This document shows, in pieces, positions 50,691-61,548 of a stretch of 64,000 nucleotides of DNA. The notes under the pieces were generated by a model. That model did not search any database and had not been told where the DNA came from. It was given only the letters and a program-made list of their open reading frames with translations. This stretch comes from an uncultured delta proteobacterium (GTDB lineage Bacteria; Myxococcota_A; Polyangia; Polyangiales; Polyangiaceae): the NCBI GenBank assembly GCA_963716725.1, contig CAVQUB010000027.1:80118-144117 (forward strand), in the 5' to 3' direction. How positions within the stretch are numbered: position 1 is the first letter of the stretch; the number at the start of each line of letters is the position of its first letter. A program made the position numbers and the translations under genes.

Positions 50691-51734
50691 TCAAGGAGAT
50701 TCGGGTGGAAGGAGGTTGTCGAGCTTCTCGAAGTTGACGATGCGCTCGCGCGGCACGGCGGCGACGGCCGCGAGCGCCACCGCGGTGGCGTCGAACGCGA
50801 GGTGGCGCGGGTGGTGCGCGTCGGAGGCGAGCACGAACGAGCACCCGGCCTCGCGCGCGAGGGCGAGCAGCGTCGGGTCGAGGTCCTGGCGGCGCGGGAA
50901 GCCGTTGACCTCGAGCAGCACGCCTGCGATCGGCGGCGGCGCGGAACACCACCTCCCAGTTGGCGCGTACCCCGCCCCGCCGGTTGAACAGGCGCCCCTG
51001 CGGGTGGGCGAGCGCCCACACGCCGGGCTCGTCGAGGGCCCGCAGCAGGCGGGAGGTCTGGTCGTGGCGCTCGGCGAGCCCGGTGTGGATCGCCGCGATC
51101 AGCACGACCCCTGAGCGCGCCGGACGCGGGAGATCGAGGGTGCCGTCCTCGAGGATCTCGACCTCCAGACCCTGCATCAGCACCAGGTCCTCGCCGTGCC
51201 GGCGGTTCCACCCGCCACGGCGCGCCGCTGCAACGCGATCCCCTCGCCGTCGAGACCGTTGACGCACGCCAGGCCGCGGGTGTGGTCGGCGACGATCGCC
51301 CACGAGGCGCCGCGCCGCTGGCAGGCGCGCGCCATCGTCTCGAGCGGCGCGGCGCCGTCGGAGGAGCGCGTGTGCCAGTGCACCGCGCCGCGGAGCTGGC
51401 GGACGTCGAGGCCCGGCGCCGCGGCGACGACCTGCGCCGCCAGCGCGGCGGAGAGGAAACCCTCGCGCGTGGGCTGACCGCGCATCTCGCGCGGACCCGC
51501 CAGGCGCTGCACGACGGCGGCAAGAGCATCGACGCCCGCCGCGCCCTTGAGCATCGTCACCGTGGGCAGGACGTCGAGCGGCACCGTGTCCGGCAGCCGC
51601 CGCGACCCCGAGAGCTCGCGCGGGTGATCGAACACCGCGTAGGCGGCGCGCAGCAGCGCGATCCGCTCGTCACCGGGCGGATGGCTCTCGGCGAGCGAGA
51701 ACAGTGCGTCCGCGAGCTCGGCGTTGGTGAGCAC
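50691..51734 (-). CDS. PHP-domain protein with a PolX-like N-terminal helical region and no polymerase core; frameshifts
   Basis: MLTNAELADAL; H.HT..SDG, ADHT, GLEVEIL.DG.LD, LAHP.GRL, EVNG.P.RQDL, SDAH. Confidence 0.82.
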
Positions 51735-51764
51735 GGAGGGAGGGTACTACGCGCATGTTCGATC

Positions 51765-52308
51765 GCGCTGCGGAATTGGAGCATAGCTTCTGCGGCGGCC
51801 AGAGCTTCCGTTTGCGGCGGCCAAAGCTTCCGTTCGGTGCCAGCGCTAACGATCGGCCGCTCCGTGCATAAAGCGCTGGCGGTGCTTGGATTGGCGGTCC
51901 GGGTGGCTGCGGGCGGCCGCTGGCAGATCGTTACCACTGGCACCGCGCGCCGCGCCATTGGGCGCGCGGCGCGGCGTCTTTCGGCGCCAAGGCACGCGCT
52001 GCGCGCGCTACCGGCTGGTCTGCCTACGCTCGCGGCGCTGCAGGGATGGAGCGCTGTTTCTGCGGCGGCCAAAGCCCCGTTCGGCGCCAGCGCTAACGAT
52101 CGGCCGCTCCGTGCATAAAGCGCTGGCGGTGCTTGGATTGGCGGTCCGGGTGGCTGCGGGCGGCCGCTGGCAGATCGTTACCACTGGCACCGCGCGCCGC
52201 GCCATTGGGCGCGCGGCGCGGCGTCTTTCGGCGCCAAGGCACGCGCTGCGCGCGCCACCGGCTGGTCTGCCTTCGCTCACCGCGTTGCAACTCTGGAGCG
52301 GTGCTTCT
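51765..52308. repeat. About 247-bp tandem direct repeat (2 copies plus a partial), each with internal inverted repeats
   Basis: 51839-52008 is identical to 52086-52255; flanks are diverged. Confidence 0.92.
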
Positions 52309-52353
52309 TCGCCTGTCGCCTTTCGCCTTGCCTTCGCGTGCTACCGTTCTGGC

Positions 52354-54917
52354 ATGCCTCGGTTGCTGCTGGTCGACGGTCACTCGAACCTGTACCGCGC
52401 GTTCTACGCGATTCGCACGGCACTCTCGGCGCCGGACGGCACGCCGACCGGCGCCGCCTACGGCTTCCTGCGCATGCACCACAAGCTGCTGCGCGATCTC
52501 GCGCCGACCCACGTCGGCGTCGCCTTCGACGTCGCCCGGCGAGACGTTCCGCACGCGCATCGACGAGCGCTACAAGGCGCAGCGGGCGCCGATGCCCGAC
52601 GACCTCCGGGTGCAGGTGCCTCTGACCCAGGAGGCGGTGCGCCTGCTCGGGGTCGCGCGTGCTCTCGAGGCGGACGTCGAGGCCGACGACGTCATCGGCA
52701 CGCTCGCCGCGCGCGCTGCCGGCGCCGGGATCGAGGTGGTCATCGCCTCCGCCGACAAGGACCTGATGCAGCTCGTCGCGCGACCCCCGCGTCACGCATG
52801 TGGCACACGACGCCGAGCGGCTGCTCGACGAGGCCGGCGTGCCGGAGGTGTTCGGCGTGCCGCCGGGCCAGGTCATCGAGGTCCTCGCCCTGATGGGCGA
52901 CAGCCTCCGACAACGTACCCGGCTGCCCTGGCATCGGCGAGAAGGGGGCGAAGGAGCTGATCGCGCAGCTGGGGCCGGTCGCGGCGATCTACGAGCACCT
53001 CGACGAGGTCGACGCCGCCGCGGGCGCGCAAGGCCCTCGCCGAGCAACCGCCAGGAGGTCGAGCTCTCGCGCAGCGCCTGGTCCGATCCACGACGACGTC
53101 GAGCTGCCGGCCACGGTCGACGAGCTCGTCGCGGCGAGCCGGACCGCGAGGGCTCGCCGAGCTCTATCGCCGGCTCGGTTTCGACTCGCTGCTCGCGGAG
53201 CTGGGCACGGCCACAGGCCACCGCCGCGGCGAGCACCGGGAGGTCGCTACCGACCACCTCGGAACGGTCGAGCCGAGAAGGACGGCGCTGCTCGACGCGC
53301 CGCCGCCGTGGCGTCGCCTGGCGGGCGGCGAGTCGCGGTGGCGAGCGGCGTCTGACGATATCGTGGCCGCCCGAGGCCAGCCGCCGCGGCAGCGCTGCGC
53401 GCACCGTCTCGGCGGCATCTGGTGCCACGACGCCAAGGCGCTGCTCTCGCGCCTCCGCGACGCGGGGCGTCGCGCCCGAAGGATCCGCGCGACACGATGC
53501 TCGCCGGCTATCTTCTCGCCCCCGGCGAGAGCGTCTCGCTGACCGCGCTATGCCGGCGTCTGGGCGTCGCCGATCCAGCCGACGAGCGAGCCGCCGCGAC
53601 AGCCGCGGCGGTCGCGGGCATCGCCCCGGGCCTCGCGGCGGGGCTCGAGGCGAATCCCTGACAGACGTGTTCACGACGATCGAGCTGCCCCTCGTGCCGG
53701 TGCTCGAGGCCATGGAGCGCCACGGCATCCGCGTGGACAGTGCCGTCCTCGCCGACCTCTCGGCCAGACTCGGCGCTCGCTCGCCGGGCTCGAGCGCGAC
53801 ATCCACGACGAGGGCGCGCGGCGAGTTCAACATCAACTCGCCGCAGCAGCTCGCGGAGGTCCTGTTCGAGCGCCGCGGCCTGCCGGTGCTGCGGCAAGAC
53901 CGCCAAGACCAAGCGCGCCCTCGACCGACGCCGACGTCGCTCGCAGAGCTCGCCGCCCGCGGGCCACCGGCTGCCGGCGCTGATCCTCGAGTACCGCGAG
54001 CAGACCAAGCTCAAGTCCACCTACGTCGACGCGCTGCCGCGCCAGGTCGCCGACGACGGCCGCATCCACACCCGCTTCAACCAGGCGGTCGCGGCGACCG
54101 GGCGGCTGTCGTCCTCGGACCCGAACCTGCAGAACATCCCGATCCGCACCGCGCTCGGACGCGAGGTCCGCGGCGCCTTCGTCGCCGCCGCCGGGCTGGA
54201 GCTGGTCTGGCCGCCGACTACTCGCAGATCGAGCTGCGGGTGCTCGCTCACCTCGCCGAGGAGCCGGCGCTGATCGAGGCGTTCGCCCGCGGCGAGGACA
54301 TCCACCGCGCCACCGCGGCGCTGGTGCTTCGGCGTCGCGCCCGAGCTGGTCGGCGACGACCAGCGGCGCGCCGCCAAGACCGTCAACTTCGGCTTGATCT
54401 ACGGTATGAGCGCCTTCGCCCTGGGACGCGAGCTCGGCATCCCGCCGGCCGAGGCTCAGCAGTTCATCGACGCGCTACTTCGCCCGCCTGCCGCGGGTGC
54501 GCGACGTACCTCGACGGGGTCACGGAGGAGGCGCGCAGGACCGGCAAGGTGACGCACCCTGTTCGGTCGCGTGCGCTGGATCTCGGGCCTCGACGCGTCA
54601 GAAACGCGCAACCTGCGCGGCAACGCGGAGCGACAGGCGATCAACGCACCGATCCAGGGCACCGCGGCGGACCTCATGAAGCTGGCCATGATCCGCCGAT
54701 CCACGAGCGGCTCGACGCGCGCGCCAGCCGGCCCGGATGCTGCTCCAGGTCCACGACGAGCTGGTGCTCGAGGAGCCCCGCCGCAGCGGACGGGGCAGCC
54801 GCCGCCGCGCTCCGCACGGCGATGGAATCGGTGGCGGAGCTGCGCGTGCCGCTGCGCGTCGACATCGGCCACGGCCCGTCGTGGGCTGCGGCAAAGGGTA
54901 GCCTCACCCCGTCATGA
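52354..54917 (+). CDS. polA: DNA polymerase I; many frameshifts
   Basis: [106 protein letters not shown]. Confidence 0.95.
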
Positions 54918-55780
54918 AGAGTCCAGGCTGACATCGGCCGATGCAGTCGCACGTGCCTGGTCGTCTGCTGCTTCCTCCTGGCCACCCCCCTGGCGGCACA
55001 GAAGCCCTGGGAAACGCGGGTCGATCTCCCAGTGCCGGTGCCGATCGAGCTGCCGAGGGTGCCGGCCACCAACCCGTTCGCGGTGCCGCTGACCGTGCAG
55101 CCGGTCGCGCTCGAGACACCGCTCGCCGATCGCCTCGACGTCGCCGTCACCGCCGAGGCCGCCGCGTACGTTGACGCGTACGGTACCTGCCGCCGCGTCG
55201 TCTTCACCCGGCTGCCGCTGCCCGGGCTGGCGCCCGACCTGCAGGAGAGCCTTGCCGAGACCGCCTTCACCCGCCGGCCGCCTTCTCGGCGCGACGGTTC
55301 CCACCTGGGCTCGCCGTCTCCGTGGACCTCAGCGGACGCATCGACGGCGGCAAGATCGTGCGTGTCGCACTGCTGCCGCCAGACCAGCTGGCGCCGCCAG
55401 CGCCAGAGCGCTCAGCCGGCGCCGGCGCCCGAGCCGCGCGACCTGCAGATCCCGACGACCCGCGTCGAGCAGCTCGACCAGCTCCCCACAGTCAAGCGCT
55501 TTCGCGTAACAGTCGGAGGTCACGACGTACGCCAGGGGGTCCGCCTGATGCTCGAGATTGGCTCCGACGGGCGCTGTCTCGGGCGGTGTTCTGTCAGCTG
55601 TCCCGACGGACTGCGCCAGTGGCTGCTGCGGTCACTGGCCGAGTGGCGCTTCCGCCCCCAAAGCGCCGACGGACCGACCGTCGTTGGGCTCTCGACGCCG
55701 GATCGAGGTCGAGATCGGCACGCTGCGCAGTGAGGCACTGCGCCTGAGCCGCCGAGCCGTACCCCTACATCACGCCCTGA
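54914..55780 (+). CDS. Hypothetical secreted protein, weakly TonB-C-like; frameshifts
   Basis: ATGA overlap with polA; Pro-rich; AYVD..G and LEIGSDG...WRFRP motifs. Confidence 0.5.
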
Positions 55781-55804
55781 GGCCGGCACCGGGAACCTGC
55801 CGGC

Positions 55805-57703
55805 TCAGCTCCGTGGCGGCAACACCCGCCGGGAGTCGCCCTCGCGACGGGTGACGCGGTTGGAGTCGAGCCACTCCAGCAGCGGGATCGCCAGCTTGCG
55901 GGTGAGGCCGAACCGCTCCTTGAACTGGGCCACGTCGAAGCGTTCCACCCCCCAGCTCCGCACCGAGGCCGCGACCTCGTCCACCACCTCGCGGGAGAGC
56001 ACCCACTTACCGCCGATCCGAACCAACCGACCGCCGTCGATGAGAAAACGGACGATGCCCGCGACCGCCTTGGGCTTGGCGCCGAGTCGAAGCGCCGTCT
56101 CCTCCGGCGAGGGCGCCGCGAAGCGCGCCTCTCGGTAGGCCCGCTCGACGGCGGCGGCGAGCGGGTCCTCCACCGGGCCGAGGTTCGCCGCCACTGCACG
56201 GCCCCCGAGCTCGCGCAGCAGCCCCCGCCGCGGAACCGCTCGAGGATAGAACTCGCGCACCCGCAGCGGGCCAGCCGGCAGCACCCGCGCCAGCAGCTCC
56301 GCCGATCGGCAGGCCGACGCCGCCGGCCGTCTCGAGCGCGGCGCGCGCCTCGTCCTCGATCTCCTTCGCGGCGGCGCGGCGACGAACACGGGCGGCGCTC
56401 CGCGCATCACCAGGTGCCGGCCGGAGGACACCACCGCCCCGAGGGGCGCCTCGAGGGCGGCCGGGGCGAGGCCGAGGCGCCGGCCAGGCGGTGTTGGTCG
56501 ATGCCGGCCGCGCCTCCTCGGCGACCCAGACGAGCGAGCGCCGTCGGCGAGATCGGCACGCGGATCCGGGAGGCTCGGCGAGCCGGGCTGCGTCGCGTCG
56601 TCGCAGCGAAACCGGCGGAAACGGGTCGAGCACCGTCTCCGCCGACAGGGGCGAGCGGGGAGACACCGGCGCAACGACGACCCGGTCGCCGGGGAAGGCG
56701 AGCAGTGGCGGGCTAGCCGGACGATCGCCAGCGGCCGCCGGCTGACCTGCCGCAGACGGCCGGGGGTACAGCCGCTCGATCCGCGCCCGGCACCCGCCCC
56801 GCCAGCAGGTGGAGCCAAACCGTCGTCGCCCTCGGCGAGCGCTGGCGCCGGGCAGCAAGGGTAGCGTCACCGCCAGACCGCGCGCTGGCCTCCCAGGGTC
56901 CGCGCCGAGGAGTTGGTCGCCGCGCGGTAGCTCGTCGACGGCGGCGCCGGCAAGTCGTAGCGCGACCCGCTCGCCGACGCTCGGCCTCGTCCGGGCGAGC
57001 CTCGCCGTGGACCTGCACGCCGCGCACCCGCACCGGCCGTCGCCGCGGGCAGCGCGATCACCTCGTCGCCGGCCTGGACCCGGCCCCAGCGCACGGTCCC
57101 GGTCACCACGGTGCCGGCGCCGGCCAGGGTGAAGACGCGGTCGAAGGCCAGCGGAAGGGGCGCGCCTCCTCGACCTCGCGCCGCACCGCGCGCGCCCGCC
57201 GTCAGCACCGCCTCGCGCAGCTCTCGAATCCCGGTGCCGCTGCGTGCCGAGCACGCCACGACCGGCGCCCCGTCGAACGGTCCGCCCGCGAGCGCCTCGC
57301 GCAGCTCGTCGGTGCGCCGCGCCAGCGGATCGGTGTCCGACCAGGTCCGCCTTGGTGAGCGCCACGACGCCGCCGGCGGACGCCGAGCAGGTCGAGCACG
57401 TCGAGGTGCTCGCGCGTCTGCGGCATCACCCCCTCGTCCGCCGCCACAACCAGGAGCGCGCGGTCGACTGCCGCCGGCGCCGGCGATCATCGTGTGCACC
57501 AGGCGCTCGTGCCCCGGCACGTCGACGAACGAGATCTCCATCTCGCCGCGCGGGTCGGCCATCGGGAGCGAAGCCGAGCACGAGGTGATGCCGCGCCGCT
57601 TCTCCTCTGGCAGCCGATCGCAGTCGACCCCGGTCAGCGCCGCCACCAGCGACGTCTTGCCGTGGTCGATGTGACCGGCGGTTCCGAGAACGATGGCGTG
57701 CAC
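55805..57703 (-). CDS. selB: Selenocysteine-specific elongation factor; frameshifts
   Basis: [47 protein letters not shown]-terminal [20 protein letters not shown] winged helix. Confidence 0.95.
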
Positions 57704-57721
57704 GTGCCTATACTAACGACC

Positions 57722-58291
57722 ATGGCGCTCGAGCACGAGATCAAGGTGCCGGTCTCCTCCCTGGATGCGGTGCGGGCCCGGCTGCGGGAGTCCGGCGCCA
57801 CCCTGCGCCACGACGCGACGCTCGAGGACAACTGGGTGCTCGACGACCGCGAGCGCAGCGTCGCGGCCGGCGGCTGCCTGCTGCGAGTACGGCGCTGGGG
57901 TGATGCGTCGTATCTCACCTACAAGGGACCGGCGCGTTTCTCCGCCGGCGTGAAGACGCGCGAGGAGTTGGAGACCACGATCGGCGACACCGGCGCCGTC
58001 CTGCAGACGCTCGCCGCGCTCGGCTTCACACCCGTCCGCCGCTATCAGAAACGGCGCGAGCTGTGGCTGCTCGGCGGTATCGCGGTGACCCTCGACCTGA
58101 CGCCGATGGGCTGCTTCGTCGAGCTCGAAGGCCCGCCCGGCGCGATCCCGGGTGTTGCGGCCGCTGTCGGCCTCGACCCCGGCGCAGCGGTGCCCGGCAG
58201 CTATCTCGCTCTCTGGGAGGCCTATCGCACGAGCCACCCCGACGCCCCCGCCGACATGGTCTTCGGTCCCGATGCCGGCGAAGACAGGTAA
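57722..58291 (+). CDS. CYTH domain (class IV adenylate cyclase-like) protein
   Basis: EHEIK, LLRVR, LTYKGP, KTREELE, YQKRRE, FVELEG. Confidence 0.9.
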   Translation: MALEHEIKVPVSSLDAVRARLRESGATLRHDATLEDNWVLDDRERSVAAGGCLLRVRRWGDASYLTYKGPARFSAGVKTREELETTIGDTGAVLQTLAALGFTPVRRYQKRRELWLLGGIAVTLDLTPMGCFVELEGPPGAIPGVAAAVGLDPGAAVPGSYLALWEAYRTSHPDAPADMVFGPDAGEDR

Positions 58292-58382
58292 GGACGAATG
58301 GGATCCAGCGGAGACTGCGAGCAGTGCCACGCCCGATCTCGGGCGGTGACTTGGTTGATGGACTCGAAGCTGTCGAAAAGAA

Positions 58383-58704
58383 GTGTCATCCCCCTGCCTG
58401 CGGCAGGACACGTGAGCGCAGCGAAGGATCTCGTCGCGTTGCGAGGGCGGCCGGCCGCGCTCCAGGCGCCACGGGGTCCTTCCGCTGCGGCAGGACACGT
58501 GAGCGCAGCGAAGGATCTCGTCGCGTTGCGAGGCGGCCGGTCACGCGCACGGTCCTTCGTCGGCCTACGGCCTCCTCAGGATGAGAGCACTGCCGGTAGG
58601 TCATTGGGAGGAGGCCGGTCCGCCAAAGGCGGGCCGGATGGCGAAGCGGTCTCCCTCGGCCGGGGGAGACCGCTTCGTCGGCCTCCGGCCTCCTCGCAGT
58701 GATA
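58383..58704. repeat. REP/BIME-like repeat cluster
   Basis: 49-bp direct repeat at 58398 and 58485 (contains gagcgcagcgaaggatct); inverted ends gtcatcc...ggatga and gaagcggtctccc...ggggagaccgcttc. Confidence 0.8.
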
Positions 58705-58786
58705 GTGACTACCTCGGGAAGGGGTGCGCCGAAGGCTCATGGGGAGTGCTTCGGTCCGTGGTGCGAGGTGCAGGCCGAGGCTCGCA

Positions 58787-59719
58787 ATGAACGGGATGCT
58801 GCTCGCCGCCGGGCACGGCTCGCGGATGGAGCCGCTCTCCTCGTGGATCGCCAAGCCGGCGCTCGACGTGCTCGGCCGGCCGCTGCTGGCCAGCTCCCTC
58901 GCGCACCAGCGCGCCTTCGGCTGCGTCCGCATCGCCGCCAACCTCCACCGCCACCCGGAGCAGGTCGAGGCGGCGCTGCGCGGCGCCTCGGGCGGCGGCG
59001 CAAAGGTCCTGCTCTCCCGCGAGGCTGCCTTGCTCGGTGGCGCCGGCGGCGTGGCGGCGGCGCGGGCGCTGCTCGGCGACGGGTCGCTGCTGGTCGCCAA
59101 CGCCGACGTCTGGGCCGAGCTCGATCTCGCGCCCTTGCGCGTCGCTCTCGGCGAGGACTCCATCGTGCTCGCCCTGACCGCGCATCCGGACCCCGCGCGA
59201 TGGTCCTCGGTGCTGCTCGACGATGACGGTCGGGTTGCCGCGTTCCTCCCGGCCGGCGCGCGGCCGGACCGCACGCCGTACCTGTTCACCGGTTTTCAAC
59301 TGCTCGGCGCCGGTGCCGTCGCCGCGCTCCCGGCGCCTCCCGCGGAGTGGCGGCCGGTGTGGCTGGCGGCGCAGGAGCGCTCCCTGCTGCGCGGCGTGAT
59401 CGTCACCGGCTGCTGGCGCGAGGCCGGCACCCCCGCCGCGTACCACGATCTCGTGCTCGACCAGCTTGAGGGCGCGACCTCGTGGATCCACCCGAGCGCC
59501 AGTGTCGCTGCCGACGCGCTCGTGCGGCGCTCCGCGGTCGCCGCGGCGTGTGCGGTCGCGAGCGCGGCGCGGGTGGGCGACTCGGTGCTGATCGCCGGCG
59601 CCAGGGTGGGAACCGGCGCCCGTCTCGAGCGGTGCGTGGTCGTCGGCCCGGTTGCGATCGGCGCCGGCGAGGCGCTCGCCGACACGCTCGTGCTCCCCGA
59701 CCGCCGCGTCCCGCTCTGA
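58787..59719 (+). CDS. NDP-sugar synthase / nucleotidyltransferase with a C-terminal left-handed beta-helix
   Basis: MLLAAG.GSRM.PL...AKP, ANLH, LLGGAGG, NADV, FTG; hexapeptide-like tail. Confidence 0.88.
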   Translation: MNGMLLAAGHGSRMEPLSSWIAKPALDVLGRPLLASSLAHQRAFGCVRIAANLHRHPEQVEAALRGASGGGAKVLLSREAALLGGAGGVAAARALLGDGSLLVANADVWAELDLAPLRVALGEDSIVLALTAHPDPARWSSVLLDDDGRVAAFLPAGARPDRTPYLFTGFQLLGAGAVAALPAPPAEWRPVWLAAQERSLLRGVIVTGCWREAGTPAAYHDLVLDQLEGATSWIHPSASVAADALVRRSAVAAACAVASAARVGDSVLIAGARVGTGARLERCVVVGPVAIGAGEALADTLVLPDRRVPL

Positions 59720-59835
59720 TCCCCTTGCGCCGACAGAAGGTCACAGGGGCGGCTCGCGCCGCCCCCATGCCGTCCACGCCTCCTCCAATTGTATGCTGCT
59801 GGTTCAGAGTTGGTCGAGAAGACTGCGACGCCACC

Positions 59836-60216
59836 CTAGCGTTGCTTGCCCGCCTTGCCTCCGGCCGCGTCGTCGGCCGCCGGGGCGACCGCCTCCGGCA
59901 CCGTGCGGGGCGCCCGCTGCTTCTCGGCCAGCGTCGTCTCACCCTTCACGACCACGTACGGCTCGAGCAGCGTGAAGCTCTTCTCGCCGATGCCCTTGAC
60001 GCGCATCAGCTCCTCCGCTGCCTTGTACGGGCCGTTGGCGGTGCGAAACTCGATGATGCGCGCCGCCAGCGCCGGCCCCACGCGCGGCAGCAACTGGAGC
60101 TGCCCCGCGGTGGCGGTGTTGATGTTGATCCGCGGTGTGGCCGCGGGCTCGGCCGCGAGCGCCTCGCCCGCGAGAGCCGCTGCCAGTGCCAGTGTCAGAA
60201 CCGTCCTTGCGATCAT
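59836..60216 (-). CDS. comEA: ComEA family helix-hairpin-helix DNA-binding protein
   Basis: Signal peptide; ININTAT..QL..LP.VGP.LA.RII.FR..NGP, L.RVKGIGEK. Confidence 0.9.
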   Translation of the reverse strand: MIARTVLTLALAAALAGEALAAEPAATPRININTATAGQLQLLPRVGPALAARIIEFRTANGPYKAAEELMRVKGIGEKSFTLLEPYVVVKGETTLAEKQRAPRTVPEAVAPAADDAAGGKAGKQR

Positions 60217-60310
60217 GCCGTCCTCCCTGGTGATCGAGCCCGGGTTCGTCCGGTCCCGCTACGCGCGCTCGCGGTGGCCTGTGCGACCCGCTCGTCCCGT
60301 CAGGCAGCAG

Positions 60311-60326
60311 TGCGGGCTCCGTGCCA
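60311..60326 (-). promoter_or_regulatory. Possible sigma54 promoter upstream of comEA
   Basis: Minus strand TGGCACGGAGCCCGCA (GG-N10-GC), with an AT-rich tract at 60343-60367 upstream. Confidence 0.45.
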
Positions 60327-60457
60327 GGTTGGTGTTCTTGTCGTAAATATCTGAGATAAATTATCTTGGCGTGCTCTCACGAATCCGGGACGAGGCGCAG
60401 GGGGTAAACTACGCTTGCGATGCGGTGGGGTGACAACGGAGCAGCCGGGCGTCCACG

Positions 60458-60958
60458 GTGCCAAAGACCTTTGACACCCGGCAGGGTCGCTGGCGGGCGC
60501 GCGCCGCGCATCGAGGCAGCGCACCCCGCAGATCTGGCCGCCCTGGTCGAGCTCGACCCGTCTGTTTCGGGCGCCGGCCTGGTCGCCCCGGGCCTGGGTC
60601 GAGGTGGTCTGCGATCCGGCCTGGACGACGCTGGTGGTGCGACGCGACCGCGGCATCGATGCAGCCACTGGTGCTGCTCGCCTGGCCGCCGGAGGCAGCG
60701 CTCGCTTCCATCGCGGTGCATCCCGCCAGCCGCACCCGCGGCCTTGGCACGCTGCTGGTGCGCGAGGCGCTGGTGCGCGCCCGCGTCGTCGGTGCCCGCT
60801 GGCTGTCTCTCGACGTCGACGCCGACAACCTCGGCGCCGTTCACCTCTACCGACGGGAGGGTTTCGGGCTGGTTCGACGTTTCACCGAGCAGGGGCGGTC
60901 GCGGCTGGAAATGGCGCACCGCCGTCGGAGGGACGGATGGGAACTGAGCTGGCGCTGA
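60458..60958 (+). CDS. GNAT family N-acetyltransferase (RimI-like); frameshifts, start uncertain
   Basis: ADLAALVELD, SIAVHP..R.RGLG, LDVDADN..A..LYRREGF. Confidence 0.8.
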   Translation: MPKTFDTRQGRWRARAAHRGSAPRRSGRPGRARPVCFGRRPGRPGPGSRWSAIRPGRRWWCDATAASMQPLVLLAWPPEAALASIAVHPASRTRGLGTLLVREALVRARVVGARWLSLDVDADNLGAVHLYRREGFGLVRRFTEQGRSRLEMAHRRRRDGWELSWR

Positions 60959-61548
60959 TCGTGACCGGGGCGAGCGGTACTCGCCTCGCCGCACGCTTCG
61001 CCGAGATGGCGACCGAGCATGAACGCGTGGATCGCTTGCACGTAGTGCTGTCCGACGGCGCTCGCCTGGTGATCGCCGACGAACTCGGAGGCGATCGCGC
61101 CACCCCGCGCGGGTTCGTGGCCGGGCTGGCGGTCGCCGAAGCGAACCGCGGCAAGCTCGCCACCTGGGCCGAAGGCGACCTCAACGCGCCGATCGCCTCG
61201 GGCTCCCGTAGGTTGGCCGGGGTCGTCGTGCTGCCCTGCTCGGCCGGCACCGCAGGCTCGATTGCGGCCGGGGTCTCGCGCGGGCTCGGCCAGCGGGTTG
61301 CCGACATCGCTCTCAAGCAGCGCTGGCCGCTGCTGCTCGGCTTCCGCGAAACGCCCCTGTCGGCGATCCACCTGGAGGCGCTTCTCAAGCTCACCCACGC
61401 CGGCGCCGTGGTAGTGCCACCGATTCCAGCCTTCTATCTCGGCAGCGACGAGATGGAGCGCTTCGTCGACCACTACTGCCTGCGGCTTTTCGACCTCCTT
61501 TCGCTGCCGGTCGAGCGGCCCGACCTGCGCTGGCGCGCCGACGCGTGA
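60937..61548 (+). CDS. ubiX: UbiX family flavin prenyltransferase
   Basis: VTGASG, APIASGS, VLPCS.GT, ADIALKQR, RETPLS.IHL, PP.PAFY. Confidence 0.92.
   Translation: MGTELALIVTGASGTRLAARFAEMATEHERVDRLHVVLSDGARLVIADELGGDRATPRGFVAGLAVAEANRGKLATWAEGDLNAPIASGSRRLAGVVVLPCSAGTAGSIAAGVSRGLGQRVADIALKQRWPLLLGFRETPLSAIHLEALLKLTHAGAVVVPPIPAFYLGSDEMERFVDHYCLRLFDLLSLPVERPDLRWRADA

Noticed and set aside
51765..52308. CRISPR or protein-coding reading of the 247-bp repeat
   Set aside because: Unit too long with no unique spacers; period is not a multiple of 3 and codon pattern is not coding-like
55805..57703. Selenoprotein or tRNA-Sec locus around selB
   Set aside because: No selA, selD, tRNA-Sec or supportable in-frame UGA with SECIS is recognisable in the window
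58398..58533. Possible CRISPR array (49-bp direct repeat with a ~38-bp gap)
   Set aside because: Only two copies, repeat is long and REP-like, and there are no cas genes
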